From NCBI GenBank assembly GCA_964304625.1, contig OZ199840.1:2280587-2344586 (forward strand): a DNA stretch of 64,000 nt, written 5' to 3'. Source of the DNA: Kudoa neothunni. Lineage: Eukaryota > Animalia > Cnidaria. The translations under genes were made by a program, and so were the position numbers. The notes under the pieces are model-generated. The model was given only the letters and a program-made list of their open reading frames with translations, was not told the origin of the DNA and searched no databases. This document shows positions 38,930 to 53,457 of the stretch, piece after piece (the stretch's first letter is position 1; every line of letters begins with the position of its first letter).

Positions 38930-40330
38930 AAGTATCGATAATTGGATGATAAAGTTAAAATAATAAACTATGATGATATAAAAAATTTCGGTAGCTTGAA
39001 TGCTAAACCCGTTGAGACATTTAAATTTAAATCGGAATCTCCCTTAAACAAAAAAATATTTAAAAAAAGTATTCTGGAAGATTATAACAATGGGGACCTA
39101 TATCACAACAGAGAAACCTTAAGAAAAAATAATTTCAACATATTAGATTCTAAGGTTAAGTAGTGGATTGAGCTAACCAGATCACGTAATATCGAACTCT
39201 CTCAGGATGATATAATTAAAAAGTCTACGATTACTCATATAATGTTAAAACACAATTCTTAAAGTTGATAGAGGGTGGTACATGTTGGTTCTAAGGATTT
39301 TCTTCGAGAGTTGGGTGGAAAGTAACAAATTCATACGTAAATCCAAGAATGTTGTTCCTAAAATAATATCCGCTTGGAAAGATCAACTGTTAAAGTTGAT
39401 TGGAAATTATGATCCAAAAGATATTTTTAGTTGGATGAAACTGGAATATTTTACCAGCAAAAGATAGTTAAAATATCATTTAAATTTATATCTCCATATG
39501 AAATTTAATATATGGTTATGCATTTGAAATGGAGGAAAACTTGCACGGTTCTAGAAAATCTAGAGAGAGTAACAATTGTTGCGATCTACTCGATGTCAGA
39601 AAAAAGACTCATTAATAATTCGCAATCATGAAACACCTTGATGCTTCCGTGAAATAAACGACCTCACACCTCCCTATTAAACTAACGTGAAGACTTTATT
39701 TTTTCAAAATATCTGATAGTATTATTGAAGCTAAAACTTCTCAATGTAAGGTAGGAATCATATGATCTGGTAAAAATTTCAAATCTTGAACTCTGGAATC
39801 CCCCACAAGGAACAACCAGCGTATTGCAACAATCAGATCAAGGAATTATTTAAGATTGTTAATACATTTACAAAAATCATCTGACGAGTTATTTGATCAA
39901 TAAAGTTACTGTTAATATTATTAATATTTTTGATAACAATTCAAATAATGATCCTTCAGATTTACTTGAACATATGTACACGATGAAAGTAATGTGGAAA
40001 TTAATGAGTGAAGAAACAATCGAAAACTATTTTAATAAATAATTCTTGTTAATAATTGTGGGTCAGGAGGTATTATCATTTCGACTGGAAGAAAATCCCT
40101 AGAAAAATCAAATTGAATGTGGGGCTAACATAGAAGAAACTATTTCATTTGAAGATCCAGAAGATAAATATGTTAACTCAATAAATAATGAAGTCGACGC
40201 AATGAATGTATCCTTTACTCATGAAAATTATTAAAAACCATGCATCGTTTTTTTCCATTAATGAAGTTATTGAGCATTTTAATAAACTGAGAGAAAATAT
40301 TTTTGCTTATGACTTACTTATGTTATAAAA
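38930..40330 (+). mobile_element. Tigger/pogo-like transposase remnant (CENP-B-type HTH + DDE_1), heavily decayed
   Basis: NYDPKDIF..DETGIFY, GSRKSRE(R)VTIV, PQGTTSVLQQSDQGII spread across frames. Confidence 0.7.
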
Positions 40331-40739
40331 TAAAACAAAATGGGACTCTTTCGTCTTTAAAATAAGTCACGGTTCGTAATGGAATGATTAGATAGCTGAT
40401 TATTCTAAAAAAATCTACATATTTTCGAATAATTATGATGTATTTATTCGATATTTGTTGTTTGTTGTTTAACATTCAGCTTTGTCAGAATATCTACGAG
40501 TTATCATTAATATAAGAAAGAAGATGTAATTTTTGAATACAAAATACGACCGCGCGTCATTATTATCCATCCGGCATAATGTTCGTGCGAGCATGGATAC
40601 TGTGTACCGCAGGAATACAATTTTAGGGATAGCTACCGAATATCGTTAAATCCGCGCGAATGATTTCCCCAAGATTTGTTAATAATTTTTGCTTGCAATG
40701 AGGATAACTCTATCTGTTATCTTATCAATATTTGTATCT

Positions 40740-41530
40740 TTAAAGCGCCATCTAACTGTGTAAAATGTAATGGAATTAGCCATTCTATACATCGAAAAAA
40801 TTGGCGATGCTACTCCAAAATATGCAGAACAGAAACATCCATTTTTGAGTAGATATTTTTCAGTAATATGAGAATTAAACTTCATGATTTTTTGGAGTTG
40901 TCATATTACTGGTTGGTGAGCGTAAAAAGCGTTAACCTGGACACAATTATCGGGCACTCTTATCAAACAATTAAGAAATATTGTCGCTATCTTCGTCAGC
41001 TGGTAGCAGATAGTTTACGCTTTGAGGAAATAATTATTAAAGAAGAAAATATAATCGAAGAAATTGATGAGTCAAAATTTGGCAATGTGGAGCATAACGA
41101 ACGGCATGGGTTCTTGGAGGTGTAGAAAGGACATCAGAAGGAAAGATATTTTTGGGGGAAATTCCTGACAAAACCGCCGACACTCTTAAACAAAACGTTA
41201 AAACTTTCGTTTACCTGGTTTGATTATTATAACAGATTGCTTCAAAAGTTATGGAATACTAAATAATTTCTTCACTCATCTCCCCGTAAATCACAGTATA
41301 GAATATGTGGATAGTACCACAGAGGCTCATACAAATACCATGGACGGAACCTAGGATGCTATCAAATAGAAAATATCACCGAGGAACAGAACATCTTCGG
41401 TTAATGAAGATGTTTTTGTCAGTGTGGATGGATGGTATCAATCAATTTATTGGTGAATTTCAATGGGGATGAAAATTCAATCTCGGTTTATGGGATGGTT
41501 TTATATCCTCGATAAAACAACTTTAATTTA
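40740..41530 (+). mobile_element. Merlin-family transposase remnant (related to the 34286-35650 copy)
   Basis: FLELSYYWLVS, YLRQLVADSL, EIDESKFG, WVLGGVERT, ITDCFKSY, VNHSIEYVD...AHTNTMDG. Confidence 0.85.
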
Positions 41531-41942
41531 CTATCATTTAGATTTGTATTTGAATGTTTTTGGTAGTTTTTTTCTATTGCGCTAATCTTATGTTAATTTA
41601 ATGTTAGGGGGTTTATATAAAAGTTCAGCCTAAATTTTTAATATAAACAAAAATTTCATAGTATTAAATGAGTGTTGTTAAAATGGTCATTAATTAAGGC
41701 ATTAACACCAGCTGTACCAACTATTATCCCTATAATTGATAAGTAATAATAATTTTACATTAGCAATAATTAGTTATCGAAATTTTTTTAACATTAATTT
41801 AATCAAAATTTTTTATTATTCAAATAACATAATAGGCCATTGAAACACATTTCTATACAGAACACACTAATACTACTATTAAAATAAATATTTCTAAATT
41901 ACTACGTAACTTGGTTCTGTATGGAATATAATCGCACTACTA

Positions 41943-44900
41943 TCATGCTTTGACGTAAATATTTTCACATTTTTCATAAATTTCATTCTTTTTGACGCTT
42001 CTGTATCGTATTACAGCACCAGCGATTGCCATAGCCACCAAGGCTACTGCAGCACCTGCCACAATCATCTTGAAATAATCTTTTGCTAATACATTATTAG
42101 ACTCTCCTAATGCTGCAGCATTTTGATATGAATACGCTTGTTCATTTTCGATCTCAGTAGGTTTTTCAGAATCTCCGATTTCAACTACCATTTCTGCGGA
42201 AGCGTCAGCTGCTTCAGCTGTTTTAGTTGACGATGTGCTGCTGTTTAAATCTTGAACATATTTTTCATCTTTTTTTATCGCTTCATTAAGTTTAATCTTA
42301 AATTCTTCTGCATCTTCTGGAATAGTGGCTTTGATTTGATCGTCATATTCTGTAATTGTAATAGGATTTTTATTTTGATCGACGAACTTCTCTATTTCTG
42401 AGATAAGTGCAGTGTATTGTATGAACAACTCGCCAAACTTTTTATCATCAGTTTCCGAGCTAATTTCTGTTAATAAAGATTGAATTTGTTTTAATAACTC
42501 GGCAGATCTAGATGTTTTTTCGGAATATTCCTGTTCAAGGTCATTTTTTTGGGTAGTATAATGCGTTTTGGCTTCGGAAATGGTTTCTGAAACTTTTTTC
42601 AAATTCTCTTCAAATGTATCTTTCACCCTTTTTTTTTCAGCTTTCATTTCAGTAAATGTACTGCTCAGCTCACTAGGAATATCACTTCTATCTTCGCCGG
42701 CTTTGGCTAAAATAGCCTCATGTGCTTCTCTGTATTCTCTAAACTTATTTAAAGTTGCAGACTTTTCTTTTTTTTAATAATTCAGTCCTCTGATTGACCA
42801 GTAGATAAAATTCCATCTTGTTTTCGTTTATCAAATCCTTATTTCGTTTGTATTGAGACTCGGTAACTTCCAAGAATTTATCAAGCTCTCCTTTCTTTTC
42901 AGTGAGTTTTTTGTTAGCTTCATTAATTGTAGAGGCTGTTTCTTCCAGTGAATGCAGTTTCTTAAAGAATGAATTAAGTTTAGTTTTTTCATTTAAAACG
43001 TCCCTGGTGTAATCTTCAATTAATTGTGCTTCATTAGAAATCTCACTATTCACGTTGCTTTTCATAGTAGACAATTGTGTCAATTCCTTGTCCATTTTGT
43101 CGGTTGTGGCTTTGAATAAATCAAACTTTTTCTTTCAAATCAACTTTCACTTGTTCAATTCTTTTCACAACATCATTATTTGACAATGCAAGTTTATCAT
43201 TATTAAATGTGTTATAATTTTGAAGAAGGCTCATTATGTCACTCTGGGCGGTTGCCAAAATGGTGTTGCTCTTCCCATTCTTCGGTAGAAATTGAAGAAA
43301 ATTCATTTTTCATGATTCTTTATTTTTATTCTCAATTCCAGTAACAGATTTATCACACTCGATAATTTAGATTTTTCAAACTCAAAAATTATTATTTCCA
43401 CTGAGAAATCTTCTTTTCAGGTGTCGCACAATTATTGAACTCTGGTTAATTTGATTCAATCTTTGCTACCTTATCGTTAGCTTCTTTGATGGTTTCTTTA
43501 TAATAATCCTTCCCGTTTTTAAGATCATTTGTTTGGATTTTGAGTGTTTCTTTATATTTCTTAAATAAATTGGTGAGGTCATCTTTGATTCTTGTGAAAG
43601 AATTTTGATCCATGATTTCGACTGTATTCAGTCCATAGCTAAGAGATTCCACCATATTAGCATGCACATTTTCCATATTTTTGACTTCTATTTCGTAACC
43701 GGATTTCAAGGAATTCAATTTGTTAATTTCGTCAACTATACCAGTAATAGTGGGTTCAATACTTTCATAGGATTTTTCATAGTTTTTGATATCATCTGAT
43801 AGTTTGTCAGCGTCACTATACTATCGAGATTTAAATTTAAACGTGATGTTTCTTCAGATATTATTAAACCAAATTGAACAGGCGTAGTATCTTTACTAGT
43901 TGATAATTTCTCTTTTGCTTCTTCTATCATTTTATAATCTTGGGTTAATTTTTGAGCACGCTCAATGATACTATTCATAAGTACTTTATTAGTTTTGATT
44001 TTGGATTGAGCATCAACAATTTTGGATTTTAAATTATCACTCATTAACGTGGTTTGCCCCAATTTATTTTTGGTAACGCCAACTAAGTTGGAAAACATGT
44101 GTGATATTTCACCAGCTCTAGTTTTGAGAAGTGGGGATTTATTTTCGGAGAGTGACAATTTGAAATTATCATTATTTTCACTCACTTTTTGTATGATTTC
44201 AGATGCTGCGGTCAAACTGTTTCCAATTTTTGTTAATTGGGTAATATCAATTTGTGATTCATATGAATCTAAATTTCTTAACAATTCCACCTTTCTATTA
44301 TCAATATCATTCAATTTGGAGGCGGGATTTGTAAAGGGTAGCATTTCATCTAATTTTCCCAGATTAAGTTTTTCTCGATATTGTGGAATTTCTTCTTTTG
44401 TTATGTGTTCGATTTCAGATATTAACTTTTTGTAGGTATTTAAAGTATCTGTATTCTCAGTTTTCAATTGGTTGAAAGCTATTTGCCACTGATCAACATT
44501 TTCCTTAAATTGAGTATATAATTTTTCAACTTGTTCAAACTCAAGATTTAATTTGTTGGCAAATAATTGTCTTGTATTCTTCAAAAATTTTTGAATTTTA
44601 TCGTTTAATATTTTACCAGCAAACATTCGATTTCTTAATCCGGATATTGACGGGAGTTGGTCAATTTGTGATATATAATCATCAATTTGCTTTTTTATAG
44701 GTTTTATGCGGTTAATGGCACCAGAAGTGGCTTCAGGTAATTTTTCTATACTTTTTATTGTTATTGAAATTTTAGATTGAAGTTCGTTAGTTTTGGTAAT
44801 CTGATTTTCGTACGATTCAAGCGCTGCTTTTAGTTCGCCAATTTTTGTTGTCATTTTATTTGACAATTCTTGCGAGATATAAGAAGCCGTTGATGATAAA

Positions 44901-45862
44901 ACATTCTGTGTATTTGTTAGCGAACGTTGAATTTCATCTACTTTGTCGACCGACACGCTATCAATCTTCGAATTAAGTAGAATTGAAGTCAGCTTTTCAG
45001 AATTATTCAAATAACTTTCAAACAATTCTTGATTGTACTTTGTGATAAAAGATTGCATCTCAGATTTGATTTTTTCAAAGTATGGAACCATTGAATTTGT
45101 CATATTAGTATAGAAAGGAGTCATTTTATTGTCTCTGTCTTCAATTGACGCAATAAGCTCAACAGTGGGATCTTTCGGGCAGTGATATGTTTGAGCATAA
45201 TAACTTTGTAGATTCTTTTCTAAAACGTGTATTTTTTGTATGGAATTTTGTAGGTTTGAAGTTGAATTTTGTATATTAAACGTTGATTTATTGGATAGAC
45301 AATAGTTATAATCCTCACGAGTTACTTGTTGGACAAATTTGAGATCTGTATTTAAAAATGATTTAACACTCTCAGAATATTCTGCAAATTTATCTATCAA
45401 GGGAAATATACTCATGACGCTTTTGAGACAATGTTCGGCATTTATGCAACGATTTCGAGTATCAATATCCGTTTTCACTATTGACCCGCCTTTAGTATAT
45501 CCTTTAAATGGTTCTACTTTATAGATTTTATGCCAATCAATCCCCAAAAATCTGTTTATATATTTCATATCATGCAATGTCTCCATACTAATCATATTCT
45601 TGCGAGATTCATAATTTTTCCTGCTGTTTTGAAGGAAATTCAACCGTTGAGTGCAACGTTGAGATAATGTTATTAATAATTGACGTTGTATAAGAAAGTG
45701 TTCCCTTATTCCGTTATAGTAATGACACGCACCGTGTCTATCATTATAGTCTATTATAGGAGTAGTGGAATAAGATGACAATGTCATCAACAACACGGAG
45801 TCTATGCAACTAATTAGTCAATCTAAATAATAATAGTTTTTACATATTAGTTGATTGAACAT
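41943..45862 (-). CDS. Large (~1300 aa) coiled-coil type I membrane protein of unknown function, with frameshifts between ~42770 and ~43800
   Basis: ATG at 45862 plus a phase-1 intron (45843-45802) gives signal MFNQLIYSVLLMTLSSYS. A 686-codon ORF carries all the early Cys in an N-terminal ~210-aa head, followed by a heptad-like E/K/L/N/Q-rich region continued by ORFs 43446-43718, 43121-43306, 42745-43095 and 41943-42647. TM MIVAGAAVALVAMAIAGAVI, then tail RYRSVKKNEIYEKCENIYVKA*. Confidence 0.8.
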
Positions 45863-46836
45863 AGTCGAAAATTTTTTTATGGCTTCTGACTTTTCTTATC
45901 AGCAGTTTGTTAGATTAGTTTATTAGGTTATTACAAAATCGTAAATATATACAAGAAATGTTTTAATCAGCTTATACAAATTATATCTATAATAGGAGTC
46001 TGTATAGATAATTAATAATAGAAAGAATGAATGCTATTCAATTTTAATAAAATGTATTGTAGTGCAATTTGTAAGTGTATTACATTTAGGATATTTAATT
46101 GTTAGTTATTTATTTTTGTGGAATTATAATTTTCTTTAAATTTAATAGTTTTAAAAATTTTGATTTAATAAGTAATTATTAATAGCATAACTTTTGTATT
46201 CTAAATATGAAAGTCACAGTCACAATTAATACCCGAAGGTTTTTAGATTATTAAATTCCACGTGATCAAATATAATCAAATCATCATCATCATCATCGAT
46301 AATGCATTGTCTTTCTATTCATATTAAATTAAACTAAATGATCAAATAAAAACAAAATGAATAAATTCATCTCTATTTAATGGATGGAATTATATAAAGA
46401 TGGAGACATTCAATGAGAAGCACTTTGACATTATCAATTAATTCATCACAAATACTTATTAAGAATTTTCATTGTATGAGATATGAATGGTCAAAAATGA
46501 ATAAATGTATAAGTATATAAGTGTAATAGATAATTAGTGAATTTTTTTAATTTTTCCCAAAATTAAAATTGCAGAACTTTCATTGATACCATTAAATCTT
46601 TAACGCAGGGGTTCTCAACCGGGGATAAATTTACCCCTTGGGAGTAAAATATAAAAGACAGGGAGAAAATTAAGTAACGTCAAAATTAGAAGTGTAAATT
46701 TTTGCATAATCGGTTTGTGATGTATTTAAGGATTTCTAAGGAATTATGTTATGCGGGGATATTAAAATCAATAACAATCTGGGGGAAATTCTTTTAATGT
46801 TTTTAGGAATAAGTTTTTTAACAGCTAATTATAAAA

Positions 46837-49800
46837 CTATAGCGACAAAGTCCCGCTTCGCGCAAACTTCCTTGCCCGGCCAAGTAGACTAAAGCCCTGA
46901 GTAGGTCATGGTCATGTCAGTTTAAAGTAAATTAAGAATATTTAGATAAATAATACAAACATGAGTCGTTATACCCGGCTACGCTCGAGGTTTTGGGAAT
47001 ATCTAATTCAGGAAAAAAATTGAAAAAAAAAATGATTTAAATTATATTTTTTAAAATAATAAATGTTTCATTATGTTAATAGCACAAATATTTGTCGAAA
47101 ATTTACTGCGCGAAATAAACTGCCATAAACGAAACTTAACAAAATTTTACTTAATAATGTAATTAGTTTTTATATTTAAGAAGAAAAAGAAAAAAACCTA
47201 ATAAAAACAAATGAAAATCATTTCGTTTAAATCTCATCATCATTATTTGCTGCATCCGTGGTTTTAAGAAACCATGAAAAGCAACTAGAAATCGACGTAT
47301 ACGTGCAGAATTACAACGGAATACAACTATACAGTCAACGCATAAAGGGATATAGAATCCGAAATTGAATTCTCACTTGAATTTTTTTAGGGGCCTGTTA
47401 GTTGAATCATACTTATAACAATGTGGTAGATTAAATTTTTAACATTAAACCTTATAAACTCTTACCAGCGAAATTTCGTCAAACACTAAATTTTGAAAAA
47501 TGCAGACAAACAAAATTCAAAATACTTCCACAAGCATATTCAAAGATATGACAACATAATACAAAGCCACTTTTAGATCTAACGCGTTTATTTAATCAGG
47601 ATTTGTTGTTACTTTAAGATTTGGGGTCAAATTGGTCTTGGAATTGGATCGTAGTAGCTTTAAGACGATGGCGAACCGACATTTTACAAAATGTATTTCT
47701 TGGAAGATTTACATATATAAACATAGAATTGATCAGCAACACGTTCCCAGAATAGATACAGATACGTATTTTTCTAACAACCAAGATATGTTTAACAAGC
47801 AAAATAGCCAAACCTACCATTTTTAGATTGTTTGGAAATCCACCCAATTTCTCATCCTATTTCAATGAAAGATACTAATGGCATTCTTAAGTAAATAGAG
47901 GTTGATATAACACTTCAAGTCACTATTAATGGTCCCCATAAAGTTAGATCAGCAGCGTGAAGTATTAGACATTTTTTTGTAAAATTAACGCAACACACTT
48001 CAAACAATAATCGAAGCACAATAATCGCATAACCTACTGCAACACCCAAAATTAAATGTCGGGGATGATGAATGTTATCAGTTTTGCACTCCAAAAATTG
48101 GCAAACAAAAGTGTGTCGTGTAAAGTTTCTACTTATATCGCTTAATGATGATACAATAATGTTCCACATAACATGGTAGATATATTCCGAAAAATAAAAT
48201 CAAAGAAACATTGTTTCATATAAATAAATTTGAATGAAATTTATATAAACACTGAATTTAAATAGGCGAGTAAGATCCATAAAGATAAGAAAATGATAGC
48301 ATAGCCAGTTACCGTAATATCTCCCTATAAACTAAACTATATTTTTGGTCCGACCATTCATTTGGAGAAAAACTGTATAAATTGTATTTGGAACCTACCC
48401 TGGAGTTGGCGACATACAACTGCCCATGAGAAAAACACGGTTCCTCAAAATTTAAACTGGCAACTTTGAAGGTTTCCCCCTGGGTCTTATTTATGGACAT
48501 TTCAAAGCATGGTTTGATGGGAAATTGCAGTCTCCTAAAATTAAAGGTGGCGTCTGAAGGAGCAATCGGAATATTTACATTCTCTTAGGCACAACCAGTT
48601 ACGATAGTGGCCAAAATAAGATAAGACATTAGCGACTTTACCATTAAACGAGTGCCGTTACACAACCTTGGTGAATCCAAACTTCTTAGCAATATAATTG
48701 GAATGGCTAACTTTAGAAGTATCTTGTGCGAAGGAACCCCCGAAAGCTCTAGAGTCTAGACTGTTGAGGAATTCAACAGGGAATTGACACACTGATATTT
48801 GTTCACAACAGTGACATATGGTTTATACACTGAAGAGTCGCCTGGAATAAGACGAATCAATCTATCATTGATTTTGTTTACGGAATGGTTTGTGGGGGTT
48901 TAGATAGTTCGTTCCGAGAGCCAATTTGAGTACGAAAAGTTTGTTTGTATTTCTAGTAAAATACGGTCTATCAATTCATCCATGAACAAAACCAGGTTTG
49001 ACACGGAGCATAGAGGATACATCCATCGGACTCAATGGTAAGTTGATCATCGCCTATCCGTAGTATTTCTGAAATAAATTGACTAGTTTCTTATTCGTTG
49101 CTGATTTGCACTCAAATATTGGCAGTGAGTTGGATGGTTTAACGTTTGCCCACGTGGAAGAGAACTTTATGGAACATTTTACTAGGTCATATCTTGTACC
49201 TCTCGTTATTAAGGGTAGAGTTTAACTAAAATCGCCGGACAAAATCATTGTGATTCCGCCAAATGGAATGTTTTTGTATGTTAAATCCCTTATTCTTCTA
49301 TTTAAAGCTACGAAAAACACTCTGTTTGCCAACGTGCATTCATCCCATATGATGATCGTGCATCTGGTCAACAATTGGGACAAACCTGCCTCCTTGCTGA
49401 TTGCACATACTTCGGCTCCATCACCCTTAATCGTGATTAGCAACATAAATATACTGTGGGCCGTGCCATTCCCTGATAATAAAGTGGCTGCAATACCCGG
49501 AGAAGCAACAGCGAGAAAATTTTAGAATCTATTCTTAATTCGGCAAATAAATGGTTTGACACTAATGTCTGACCTATACTACCTGGTGCACCAAAAAAAA
49601 ACGTTACAAACACCTATATTGTAATAAATGCTCCCCAACACTGTTTTGAATGCAAATCGTCGGTCAGTTGTCAGTTTCGTCTTGTTTATTTCTACAAACT
49701 CGGATAATTGTTCAGTGTTGTAGGTTAATTCTCTCTGGATTTCGTTTGGAAGAGAGGCGCAAAACGTTTTGTCCAAATGAGGAAATCCGTATGAATTTAA

Positions 49801-52800
49801 CATTACTCCATCCATTTGAATTAAGTGTTGTCTGTGTCAATTAGGGTCATGTTAAAAATGTCAGAATTAAAAATCACCTTTGGCATTAAACTGGTTTGTT
49901 ACAGTTGATACCGCTAACCTTCCGACATAGGTTTCCTAAAAAGTAACCACAGTTTATGAAGCTGGCGCATTTCGCAATTTCTGATCAACTGTGCGAATAA
50001 TTTTCGTAATTGACGTGGACTGTTTGCATGAGCAGCTTCCCTTAATATACATTCTCAGTGGTTGTTTCCCTTCAACAAATCACTTTCATTGCACGCTTCA
50101 AGGAATATTGGATATACCTGGCCGTGAACCTTTTTATGATTTTCAAAAGTTTTAGGCCCATTTACACAATGGAGCAACATCCTCAAATAAAAACATTCTT
50201 GATGTGAAAGATGTACACTGTAAACTCTTCCTATTGTAGAGTCGAATCGTATGCCTGGATGGCCTTCAACTGGACATCCTCTTTTCCCAATGCCAAACTA
50301 TTATCCGACCATATGTAATAAGATGAGACAGAGCGAATTCGTCATTCTGGCATAGGCTGAAAAAGCGGTTAATCTCGTGTCCCTTTGGATTTTGTAACCG
50401 ATTCAACAAAGTTTCGTCGGTGAAATAAATACGCTGACCGTTCTCCGAAATCCCTCACTACTGCTTATGTAGCGACCAGGCTGGTAATTGGAAACTTCAT
50501 CCAAACGATCTTCTTGATTAGCAGCAAACATGGTCGCATCAAAACCTTTGTTTACATACTTGCATATATATTTGGGGGTCTTGACTGAATTGTAATACTC
50601 TACATTAATATGAGTATTGAAAATCTTCGTCAACAAAGGACAATAGGGAACAATCCACTTATTTTCTATGATGATTTCCCTATCGTTGTTCAGATGGATT
50701 GACGCCCGAAAACCCCATCTTCAGGTTTTCTTCTGTAAACATGATATCTTTCAGTATTCGTCTGGGATAGTTTTTGGTGCATTCTCTCTGATCATACATT
50801 CACGGGCTTTTTGGATTCAACGCACCACAGAGACCATGGTTGTTCTTACAATCTGGAGCAATACTGGATCTACACCTGGGTCTGGTAATTCGTTCGATAT
50901 GAATTTGTCGATATCATTGGAACGCAGTTTCTGGTTCATCTAGACCAATATATGAGCGTGTGGAAGCCCTCTTTTCTGTCACTCAATACTATACATATAA
51001 CACTGAATTTCACCATAAAACTTCAATTTATGAATTAAAATCATCAAAACATTTAACTTCAAGTTGAATACTCTATCTACTATGTCCAGTCTCTCTTTAG
51101 ATGCTTGGCCAGGAAATAACTCTTCATTCAGTTAGCTCCAAAATGGATTACATGTGAATGTTATAAATAGGTCTGGCCCTCTAAAACATCGAACGTAGGT
51201 CATGGCAAGTGTCATGTACATAATCTCTTCTTTTAACAACGTTAAGTATTATAACCTCCTCCCAGCTCCAAAGTACAACACTTAACTTTTTCCTAGCAAC
51301 CGACTAATGTGATTCATAATCATCGTAAATGATTCTTCCCAATATTCAACAAATAGAAATACTCATTCCTTAACATCCATTTCATAACCTTATCCTACAA
51401 GACGCCGGTAAATGAATATCTCCAAACATCACGTATTCCACGACGAGTTCACGCCACAACGCGGGTTGCTTCAATACAAAAATGTAGCATTTAAACATTG
51501 TAGTAATTTATCATTAGTCTAATCCCCTTTGTTGTTTTACTTTCAAACTGTTTTCTTTTACTGGCGCTAGCATTCATAACTTAGTTACAACAACAGGCTG
51601 CATTTTCACGTTCATATAGCATGGTGAACCTACGAAAGCGAAAGTCGACGGCGAAATGTACAATCATCCCGCCCATTTATTTCACCGTCGCTACTAATGC
51701 TATCAATTAAATTGATGCAAGATTCAACACGAAGTTAATCTTGTTTCGCTCTGATAAAACAAAGTCTCTCTGATTCCATCTTCCAAACATACCTACAGCA
51801 TATTGTAGGAATAATATCCCAAAGTGATGAAGCATGTTAAAACTATTTTCCCTTTCCATAAAATAAAAAGAATATAAATCCTTACCTGTAGCACTTTCGT
51901 TTGCGTCAATCTGTAGAATACGAAAATGGTAACCATCTTGACCATAGACATTAGTTAATGGATATTGCAAAACATAATGCGATCTGTATGTTTCGCTTAT
52001 CCTCTGAAGTTTGTTGTTTGTACTCCTCAAAACAATATCCCTCGTACAATGCTGCTCATCCGACATTGCGATGGCCACCTCATTTCAGGTTGGAGAGTTG
52101 TATTTTCTCTCATTTTCTCCTTGTAGAAGCTTGTCAGAGTTTATAATTATATCAAAATCAGAAGACGGGTGCATTTCTAAGTCATGCCTAAAACTGTGGA
52201 TGTAGCTAGTGTGTCTGTGTAACATACATATCTTGAAGCGCTAAAATAATATCATGCCTATGCTAGAGATACATATTGGATCGATTTTGAGCTTGAAAAT
52301 ACATGTTTTGTACGAAATATAATCGCAAGAATTTCGTTCCTCATTTTCAGAAGTCAATAGCGATTCAATTCGATGACACATTCGACCGTGAACCTTGAAA
52401 GTAAAGTAGGCATGAATCTGTCCCTACAAATTACGTTCGCTCCAAAAGATGTCATCTGGAAAGTGCAGTTGTATTTTCGGATATTTTGTAGCAAGTGTCT
52501 TGAAATTCCGGAGTCTATAGAAAATGAGATGAATCAGGTAGTGTGTCCAAAATAACATTACCGCCGGAACAACACAACCGTGGATTCGTTTATTCACTTC
52601 TTAGCACGACATTTTTGGCAAATTTTCCAAATTGTAATATTCGTTTCATTTCCATGTTGTAGCAGAGGTCGTAATGCAAAGCGACCATATTCCAAGTATC
52701 ATCAGGCATACTTCGCGTTTGTTGACCTAATAGAACAGGAGTGTAATAAGGGTCAGGTACAAATTTACTGTCTGATCCTGTATTGTGTTTATTTATAGGT

Positions 52801-53450
52801 GACACTGCAGGACTCTGTTGAGTCGTCTCATGTACACGTCGATTTCTATTGCTTACTCTATTTGCTTCTCGTCTCCGTTCTCTTTGCTTGTCGGTTTCTT
52901 GTTAAAGGCGTAAACGTCGGCAATTACGTTGTGAGTGTTGGTGTGACCCTGAGAAGAAATAGACGCATGTGGATTTCGATTTGAAATATGCATTCACTGC
53001 GATTCTAAATCACACTCAGGCCATATTGTTGTTTCCACAACTCTCCTCTCTTGTATTCGCCTAGTTCGTCGTAGCGATGAATGATTCGATGAATTTTGCA
53101 TATTTTATTGTCTACCCATGTGAACAGTCTAATCGAAAGCGGGGTTGAATGTGCGATGTCTTGGTGTGTATAGTCAAAAATATGGTTGACTCTGTAAAAA
53201 ATTAGGGGTGCGATCGAATGATATAGTTTACTTACCAACAATTTATTCAAAAACAAATGTTTAGAGGGGGACAAGAAGAAATTTCCATTGCATAATATTA
53301 GAGTGTAAGACGCAGAACATCAATATTAAAGTGATTGGAGGTGGAAGATTTTAGGCGAAATAATAAAGAATTAATTCAATTAATAGATTGATAAAAAATT
53401 ATGGAGTCATGAGATGCAAACGTTATTTAAACTTTCAACGTACTTTATTA
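46837..53450 (-). mobile_element. Helitron copy B (Rep + PIF1 helicase pseudogene)
   Basis: Rep motifs PDLFITFTCNPFW, YSIE*QKRGLPHAHILV, YICKYVNKG. Helicase motifs LLSGNGTAHS, IIIWDECT, GGITMILSGDF, LCNGTRL, SINKTQGETF, FSHGQLYVANSRV. A putative 3' end (CGAAGCGGGACTTTGTCGCTATAG) lies at ~46837; its link to this copy is inferred. Confidence 0.9.
51210..51592. mobile_element. Solo LTR (383 bp) inserted in the Helitron B Rep gene
   Basis: TGT...ACA termini. Flanks GCAAG / ACAGG each differ by one base from the single ACAAG at the equivalent uninterrupted site of copy A (5-bp TSD). Confidence 0.75.
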
Positions 53451-53457
53451 AATTTAA

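Noticed and set aside
46606-46800. hAT-like end CAGGGGTTCTCAACC
   Set aside because: No matching opposite TIR or TSD found, so no element was called.
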